Shown: one piece after another, positions 27,028 through 32,000 of the stretch
Numbering within the stretch: the first letter of the stretch is position 1
How the letters are laid out: each line of letters opens with the position of its first letter
Assembly: GCF_000012805.1 (NCBI RefSeq)
Contig: NC_007484.1
Coordinates: 2,730,001 to 2,762,000 of the forward strand
Direction of reading: 5' to 3'
Length of the DNA: 32,000 nt
Origin: Nitrosococcus oceani ATCC 19707
Lineage (GTDB): Bacteria > Pseudomonadota > Gammaproteobacteria > Nitrosococcales > Nitrosococcaceae
Notes under the pieces: model-generated
What the model saw: the letters and a program-made list of their open reading frames with translations, nothing else
What the model was told of the DNA's origin: nothing
Databases searched by the model: none
Program-made: the position numbers and the translations under genes

Positions 27028-27426
27028 TCATGCTTTCGCATAAGAGCAGGTCGGCGCATGAAAGAATCCAGAGACAATATCCGGCAACCTTTGCAGGGCA
27101 CTGCCGGCGGCCTTTTTCAACTCATCCTTCGTCTGTATGACCTTCCTGCTTACACGTCGCTTCACATGGGAGCAAACGAGTTCGTCGGGATTCAATTCCG
27201 GGGAATACGGTGGCAAAAAGACCAACTCCAGTCGATCAGCCTTGCTGCTCACAAAGTTGTTCATCAGTTTTGCCTTGTGAACCGGATGGCCGTCGACGAC
27301 CAGAATCACTTTTCGATCCATGCCGGTAATCAATCGCCTGAGGAAGTCCCGGAATATCACCGCCGTCATGCTCCCTTCCACCACCATAAACCGGAAGTGG
27401 CCAAGCGCATTCACCGCCGAGCTCAG
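27028..27426 (-). mobile_element. IS630-family transposase remnant (C-terminal third only)
   Basis: ..AVNALGHFRFMVVEGSMTAVIFRDFLRRLI..KVILVVDGHPVHKAKL...LVFLPPYSPELNPDE matches the DDE C-terminal region of IS630/Tc1-type transposases. An in-frame stop lies at 27429-27427 and no upstream N-terminal part is present. Confidence 0.75.
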
Positions 27427-27528
27427 TTAATGACTTTTTTAGTATCATGAGTTTCCTATCTTACCTTAACTCAAAAGAGGTAGGTTACTTCCGAGCGCGC
27501 ACAAATCCTTAGTACCGAACCTTTACGA

Positions 27529-28467
27529 TCATAAAGCGTGCGCAGCCACAGTGCTCATGAGCTCACTACGGATGAACGCTCGAAAGAGGCGCACCCGCGC
27601 CGGCGCCTCCAACCCGCTTAGACTGATCGCGTAGAGCTTACCTTTGACAAGGGTCCACTCCGGGAGGACCGGAACCAGGGCGCCACCGGCAACACTGGCG
27701 GCCGCCACCATACTAGGAAGGGGACCGATGCCCCCTCCCGCCAAGATAATCCGATGCACACTGGCGTAGTCGCTGGCCCAAACAACAGGCCGGACAGCCA
27801 CTTCCACGGCCCGACTTCGGCGGTCGGTCAGCACCCACTTCGCGGCGCCGACTCCCGCTTGCCGGACCACCCCATCATACTCGACCAACGCCTGGGGCAC
27901 GGTGGGCAGGTCATGAGCAGCGAGGTAGGCCGGCGAGGCATACAGCCCGATATGGAAACCGATGACGGTGGAGGCGCGATAGCCCATATCCGGCAGCTCG
28001 CCAGGGGTAGCCCTGAGCGCCAAATCGATACGATGGGCGGCCAAATCCAGGGCGGCGTCGGTCAGGAGCAATTCGACCGTAATTTGTGGATGCAGGGCGC
28101 GGAATTTAACGACCAGGGGCGGCAAAACATCGACCCCCAGGTCGATCGGCGCGGTCACCCGCAGGTGGCCTTGCGGAACCAAGCGGGACTGCCGCACCCC
28201 CTCAGCCCCATCAGCAAGCAGGGAGAGGGCCTCGCGTGCTTTGGCATAGAAGGCGAGCCCCTCTTCGGTGGCGCTGACCGCCCGGGGCGTCCGCGCCAGC
28301 AGGGCCGCGCCCAAGCGACGTTCCAGGCGCGAGATACGCCGACTGATACTGCCTTTGGTTTCACCCAATGTCCTGGCCGCGCCCGAGACCGTGCCAAACT
28401 CAATCACCGCACAGAAGGCCCGAATATCCTCCAGGGCGCCGCCTAAAGTTTCCGATTCCTCAACCAT
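27529..28467 (-). CDS. LysR-family transcriptional regulator
   Basis: Start chosen at the ATG at 28467 (SD GGAG). The HTH region is LEDIRAFCAVIEFGTVSGAARTLGETKGSISRRISRLERRLG, followed by a LysR substrate-binding domain. Divergent from doxX. Confidence 0.88.
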   Translation of the reverse strand: MVEESETLGGALEDIRAFCAVIEFGTVSGAARTLGETKGSISRRISRLERRLGAALLARTPRAVSATEEGLAFYAKAREALSLLADGAEGVRQSRLVPQGHLRVTAPIDLGVDVLPPLVVKFRALHPQITVELLLTDAALDLAAHRIDLALRATPGELPDMGYRASTVIGFHIGLYASPAYLAAHDLPTVPQALVEYDGVVRQAGVGAAKWVLTDRRSRAVEVAVRPVVWASDYASVHRIILAGGGIGPLPSMVAAASVAGGALVPVLPEWTLVKGKLYAISLSGLEAPARVRLFRAFIRSELMSTVAAHAL

Positions 28468-28575
28468 AAGCTCCAATTCAGCCGCTTTCCAAATCAAAGA
28501 AAACACTCATAAAATATACCCTATAATAGGAGGAGGTAAGTCTCGCGTCTCATCACGCAACAACGGAGGAAGAGG
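28468..28575. promoter_or_regulatory. Divergent LysR/doxX control region
   Basis: A 108-bp intergenic region with a perfect TATAAT at 28522-28527 (plus strand) and a poor -35, consistent with an activator-dependent promoter. No convincing T-N11-A dyad could be fixed by eye. Confidence 0.3.
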
Positions 28576-29040
28576 ATGAGTACTCAAATGTCTACGACAA
28601 CCGCCAACTCCGGTCCGACCTTTTTCAATCGTCTGGCCCCCTTGAGCTACCCGCTAGTGCGGGTGACCACTGGCTTGCTACTGATGCCCCATGGGGCGCA
28701 GAAATTATTCGGCTGGTTTGGGGGCCATGGCCTGACCGCCACCGGCCAGTATTTCGCTAGTAACTTGGGAATGGAGCCCGGCTTTCTGTTCGCCCTGCTG
28801 GCGGGCCTCATCGAATTCTTCGGTGGTCTGGCCCTGGTCCTGGGTTTGCTGACCCGCCCGGCGGCGCTGATCATAGCGATCTTCATGGCGGTAATCATAC
28901 CTGTCCATCTGCCTAATGGCTTTTTCTGGAGCAACGGCGGTTTTGAGTACCCGCTGATGTGGGGCTTGCTTGCCTTGGCCATCTTTTTTCGTGGCGGTGA
29001 ACGCTATTCTCTGGACAGGCGATTGGGTCTACGAATCTAA
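28576..29040 (+). CDS. DoxX family membrane protein
   Basis: 154 aa with 4 TM helices. LLMPHGAQKLFGWFGG and EFFGGLALVLGLLTRPAAL are DoxX signatures. Confidence 0.8.
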   Translation: MSTQMSTTTANSGPTFFNRLAPLSYPLVRVTTGLLLMPHGAQKLFGWFGGHGLTATGQYFASNLGMEPGFLFALLAGLIEFFGGLALVLGLLTRPAALIIAIFMAVIIPVHLPNGFFWSNGGFEYPLMWGLLALAIFFRGGERYSLDRRLGLRI

Positions 29041-29091
29041 GTATCCGATTGGGATATACCCAAAGGAGGACTGCGAGAAGTTCAAAGCTAG

Positions 29092-29119
29092 TTGACACCC
29101 TAACTTTTAACTTTATAGA
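29092..29119 (+). promoter_or_regulatory. Possible sigma70 promoter
   Basis: TTGACA (29092-29097), a 16-nt spacer, then TATAGA (29114-29119). Confidence 0.3.
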
Positions 29120-29205
29120 GAGGATAAATCATGATAGAATAGAAGGTAGCCGATGATGATCCACGCAAACTTCCTTCAACGACCGATTTTGGCATCTTTT
29201 ATCCG

Positions 29206-29553
29206 GTGGGCTATCTTGTCGCTGCGTTTCCTAAACAGGAAAACGCACAACAGGTGCAGCGAGATTTGATGACTGGCGGGTACAAGGAAGCGGATTGCGC
29301 GCTTTATACCTGCAAAGAAGTCATTGCCGAGGCAGGGCGTAACCTGGAGGAACATAGAGGCTTCTTCTCTCGACTCAGTTGGTCAGATGAGGCTGTGAGA
29401 ATCCATCTGGATACAGCCGAACAAGGCGCCACATTTCTGCTCATCTATGCGCCGGGGGATACTGATGCGGAGCGCGCAATGAACGTCATTCGCCGGGGGC
29501 CGTTCGAGTTTGTACACCGTTACCACCGCTTCACAATCGAAGAACTCAAGTAA
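29206..29553 (+). CDS. Hypothetical protein (115 aa from GTG); true start unresolved
   Basis: The ORF frame is open back to a stop at 29140-29142. The upstream in-frame peptide (..TDFGIFYPVGYLVAAFP..) looks like part of the protein, but the only canonical start is the GTG at 29206, which has no SD. No family recognised. Confidence 0.4.
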   Translation: MGYLVAAFPKQENAQQVQRDLMTGGYKEADCALYTCKEVIAEAGRNLEEHRGFFSRLSWSDEAVRIHLDTAEQGATFLLIYAPGDTDAERAMNVIRRGPFEFVHRYHRFTIEELK

Positions 29554-29556
29554 AAT

Positions 29557-29636
29557 CATTTTGATGCCTGGCTACTGGCGCGTGCGCCCGGCGCACGCGC
29601 CTCCCCTCCGCACGAGGAGCACCTGCTGCCCCGCAT
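29557..29636 (+). pseudogene. Remnant of the 3' end of a second LigB/DODA-type dioxygenase gene
   Basis: It translates to HFDAWLLARAPGARASPPHEEHLLPRIG. This parallels HFDAWL...WSRAPGARDSHPREEHLLPLHV of the intact gene (30285-30413). 29557-29573 matches 30285-30301 at 16/17 nt. Confidence 0.65.
29577..29601. repeat. 25-nt perfect palindrome, copy A (intergenic)
   Basis: GGCGCGTGCGCC-C-GGCGCACGCGCC, with 12-nt arms that are exact reverse complements. Confidence 0.95.
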
Positions 29637-29702
29637 TGGAACGCCCGGCTGGGGCTGCGGATTTGAGCTTTGCAGGGAACACCAACAAAGGAGAACACCG
29701 AG

Positions 29703-30527
29703 ATGTCCGAAAACCGCTTGCCGAGCCTGTTTATCCCCCACGGGGCCGGGCCGTGTTTTTTCATGGACTGGAATCCCCCGGGGACCTGGGAGCGGATGGA
29801 AGCCTGGCTGCGAGGCCTCACGGGCCAGGTGGGCGCAACACCGAAGGCCCTGCTGGTGGTCTCCGCCCACTGGGAAGCCGCGGTCTTCACGGTCAATGCC
29901 CAGGCCCAGCCCGGCCTGCTCTACGACTATAATGGCTTCCCCGCGCATACCTACCGCCTCACCTGGCCAGCGCCGGGTGCTCCTGCGCTGGCCGCGGAGG
30001 TTGGCGCGCTGCTGGCGGCGGAGGGCTTTACGGTGGCCGAAGACCATGAGCGGGGCCTGGATCACGGGGTGTTTATCCCCATGAAGCTGGCCTTCCCGGA
30101 GGCCGAGGTGCCGGTGGTGCAGCTTTCGCTACGATCGGGCCTGGACCCCACCGAGCACCTCAAGGCAGGCCAGGCCTTGGCGCCCCTTCGCCGCCAGGGG
30201 GTGTTGATCGTCGGCAGCGGCATGAGCTATCACAACATGGCGCAATTGCGCCACGGCGGCCCTGCCATCGATCCCGCCTCGCAGCATTTCGATGCCTGGC
30301 TGGCGGAAACCGTGGCCTTACCGCCCGGGCAGCGGGAACCACGGCTCACCGAGTGGTCCCGTGCGCCCGGCGCACGGGACTCCCATCCACGGGAGGAGCA
30401 TCTCTTACCCTTGCATGTCGTCGCTGGCGCGGCGGATGGGGGCCCAGGGTTGAAAGTGTTCGAGGACCAGGTGCTCGGCAGTGTGCAATCCGCCTTTCTT
30501 TTCGGGGATTCGTCTCCCCCTCCATAA
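29703..30527 (+). CDS. Class III extradiol ring-cleavage dioxygenase (LigB family, YgiD/4,5-DOPA-dioxygenase-like)
   Basis: Start chosen at the ATG at 29703 (SD AAGGAG). PSLFIPHGAGP, VVSAHWE, YDYNGFP, LDHGVFIP, IVGSGMSYHN and HPREEHLLPLHV are the conserved metal- and substrate-binding motifs of this family. Confidence 0.82.
   Translation: MSENRLPSLFIPHGAGPCFFMDWNPPGTWERMEAWLRGLTGQVGATPKALLVVSAHWEAAVFTVNAQAQPGLLYDYNGFPAHTYRLTWPAPGAPALAAEVGALLAAEGFTVAEDHERGLDHGVFIPMKLAFPEAEVPVVQLSLRSGLDPTEHLKAGQALAPLRRQGVLIVGSGMSYHNMAQLRHGGPAIDPASQHFDAWLAETVALPPGQREPRLTEWSRAPGARDSHPREEHLLPLHVVAGAADGGPGLKVFEDQVLGSVQSAFLFGDSSPPP
30356..30380. repeat. 25-nt perfect palindrome, copy B (inside the dioxygenase CDS)
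   Basis: GTCCCGTGCGCC-C-GGCGCACGGGAC, with exact 12-nt reverse-complement arms. It shares the 17-nt core CGTGCGCCCGGCGCACG with copy A. Confidence 0.95.
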
Positions 30528-30594
30528 CGGTCCGAGTCATGGAAAGCTTTTCAAAAATTAATCGGTTAGGGAACAACAGTGACTATAGTGATAT

Positions 30595-30634
30595 GGGAGA
30601 GGGGAAAGAATCGATTTCAGCGCTCCCATTTTTT
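30595..30634 (+). terminator. Weak hairpin plus T-run after the dioxygenase gene
   Basis: GGGAG-N21-CTCCC followed by ATTTTTT. The stem is short and the loop is long. Confidence 0.2.
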
Positions 30635-30711
30635 CCAAGTTGCCGGCACCGTTCAGCTTTGACGGGCAAGGCTCAGTCAACACGATAGCAAACACGTAGG
30701 AGATAGGACCC

Positions 30712-31314
30712 ATGACAAAACTACTCGTTCTTTATTACAGCATGTATGGCCATGTGGAGACGATGGCTCACGCTGTAGCCGAAGGGGCTCGCTCTGTGGA
30801 GGAGGTTGAGGTCACCCTAAAGCGGGTGCCAGAACTGATGCCAGAGGAGATCGCCCGCAATGCAGGGGCTAAGCTCGCTCAAGAAGCCCCCATTGCCACG
30901 GTTGATGAATTGCCGGAATATGACGCGATCATTTTCGGAACGCCCACCCGGTTTGGAAATATGTGCGCTCAAATGCGAAACTTTCTTGACCAAACGGGAA
31001 AGCATTGGATGAGCGGTGCGCTGATTGGTAAGGTGGGCAGTGTCTTCACCTCTACCGCCTCTCAACACGGCGGACAGGAAACCACGATCACCTCCTTCCA
31101 TAGCACGTTGCTGCATCAAGGCATGGTGATCGTCGGTGTTCCCTATTCCTGCCAAGCCCTGCTCAACATGAATGAAATTACGGGCGGTTCTCCTTATGGG
31201 GCAAGCACGCTGGCAGACGCTGACGGGAGTCGACAACCCTCAGAAAACGAGCTGACCATCGCCCGCTTTCAAGGTGAACATGTCGCTAAGTTTACGAAAA
31301 AGGTAGTGGAATAA
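30712..31314 (+). CDS. wrbA: NAD(P)H:quinone oxidoreductase, type IV (WrbA flavodoxin-like)
   Basis: 200 aa. [36 protein letters not shown] and GGQETT are WrbA hallmarks. SD AGGAGA. Confidence 0.92.
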   Translation: MTKLLVLYYSMYGHVETMAHAVAEGARSVEEVEVTLKRVPELMPEEIARNAGAKLAQEAPIATVDELPEYDAIIFGTPTRFGNMCAQMRNFLDQTGKHWMSGALIGKVGSVFTSTASQHGGQETTITSFHSTLLHQGMVIVGVPYSCQALLNMNEITGGSPYGASTLADADGSRQPSENELTIARFQGEHVAKFTKKVVE

Positions 31315-31353
31315 CCGCTCTACATCCAGTTTTACGGCTGAGGAGAAAGCTTC

Positions 31354-32000
31354 ATGACCCTACCCAACGCACAGTGGCCGAAGTTGCCCTTGGAGCAGTG
31401 GCAGGAGACCTACGAGACGCTCCACCTCTGGAGCCAGATCGTAGGAAAAATCCGGCTAGCCCAGATGCCCTGGATCAACCACTCCTGGCATGTTCCTTTC
31501 TACGTCACGGTCCGTGGACTGACGACCTCCCCTATCCCCTATGGCGCTGGCGCTTTCGAGATCGCTTTCGATTTCCATCGCCACGAGCTGCACGTGACGA
31601 CCGCCGAGGGCGAGCAGCGCTCCTTGGCATTGGAGCCCATGTCGGTGGCGGACTTCTACCGGAAAATCATGCAAGTCCTCGGCGAACTGCCTGCACATCG
31701 AGACGCCCATTTGGCCGGTCCCCGTCGAAATTCCCAACCCTATCCAGCCCTTCCCTGAGGACGAAGCCTATGGGGCCTACGATCCAGAGCCGGTCGAGCG
31801 CTTCTGGCGCGCCTTGCTGCAAGTACACCGGGTCTTTACGGGCTTCCGCGCCCGTTTCATTGGAAAGGTGAGCCCGGTGCATTTTTTCTGGGGCGCATTC
31901 GATCTGGCGGTGACCCGCTTCTCGGGGCGGACCGCGCCGAAGCACCCCGGCGGCATCCCCAATTGCGCGGATTGGGTGGCGGAAGAGGCCTATTCCCATG
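31354..32000 (+). pseudogene. DUF5996-family protein, frameshifted near 31687-31691, 3' end beyond window
   Basis: Frame 1 gives MTLPNAQWPKLPLEQWQETYETLHLWSQIVGKIRLAQMPWINHSWHVPFYVTVRGLTTSPIPYG...VLGEL, then diverges to a stop at 31758. The family sequence continues in the next frame from ~31691: LHIETPIWPVPVEIPNPIQPFPEDEAYGAYDPEPVERFWRALLQVHRVFTGFRARFIGKVSPVHFFWGAFDLAVTRFSGR... Confidence 0.7.

Noticed and set aside
27754-28446. 230-aa plus-strand ORF antisense to the LysR gene, and similar ORFs at 28155-28403 and 28647-28982
   Set aside because: They are antisense shadows in GC-rich coding DNA. Their composition is Arg/Gly/Pro-rich, while the opposite strand has clear LysR and DoxX signatures.
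29510-30576. ORFs 29510-29932 (+), 29546-29896 (-), 29556-30065 (-) and 30346-30576 (-), all overlapping the dioxygenase region
   Set aside because: They are off-frame or antisense shadows with no domain signatures. The dioxygenase frame explains the region. The apparent N-terminal extension 29670-29702 lacks an SD, whereas the ATG at 29703 has AAGGAG.
1-32000. Search for CRISPR arrays, tRNA/rRNA genes, toxin-antitoxin pairs or known defence-system genes
   Set aside because: No regularly spaced direct repeats, no cloverleaf-like or rRNA-like segments, and no nuclease, helicase, methylase or defence-type domain combinations were recognised. The accessory part is catabolic/redox in character, so I found no evidence for a novel defence system.

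Overview
The window looks like a gammaproteobacterial-type chromosome segment in two parts. All family assignments come from motif recognition and recall; no searches were run.

**Part A (1 to ~21.65 kb): core genome, moderate G+C, tightly packed.**
- clpB 5' part, a PlsC-like acyltransferase, yciO and trpH on the minus strand.
- yciB, yciI, a bolA-family gene and ppk on the plus strand.
- A ~13.7 kb codirectional minus-strand array: phoB-phoR, pstS-pstC-pstA-pstB-phoU, ppx, a CYTH protein, a DsrE-like exported protein and two ModA-like periplasmic binding proteins.
- Clear Pho boxes precede phoB and pstS. A canonical hairpin terminator/attenuator follows pstS.
- PstC and PstA are the long forms with large extracytoplasmic domains.

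**Part B (~21.7 to 32 kb): mosaic, visibly more G+C-rich accessory region.**
- It starts at a decayed IS5-family element with 20-bp inverted repeats.
- Next come gene remnants: a methyltransferase 3' fragment fused in frame to a truncated nitroreductase, and a DsbA-like gene frameshifted inside a (TA)5 tract.
- An intact flavocytochrome p-cresol methylhydroxylase-type operon follows: cytochrome c, a Tat-signal unknown protein, and the PchF-like flavoprotein.
- After an IS630-family transposase remnant there is a LysR-controlled redox/quinone-type cluster: DoxX, an unknown ORF, a LigB/DODA-type extradiol dioxygenase, WrbA, and a frameshifted DUF5996 gene running off the window.

No rRNA, tRNA, CRISPR array or recognisable defence system was seen.

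**Most interesting signals:**
- The orphan exported DsrE-like plus two binding-protein module and the CYTH protein, co-oriented and tightly spaced with ppx and wedged between ppk and ppx.
- The Tat-signal PchX-position protein next to a signal-less PchF.
- A 25-nt perfect palindrome present twice with compensatory substitutions.
- Several precisely locatable gene-inactivation events.
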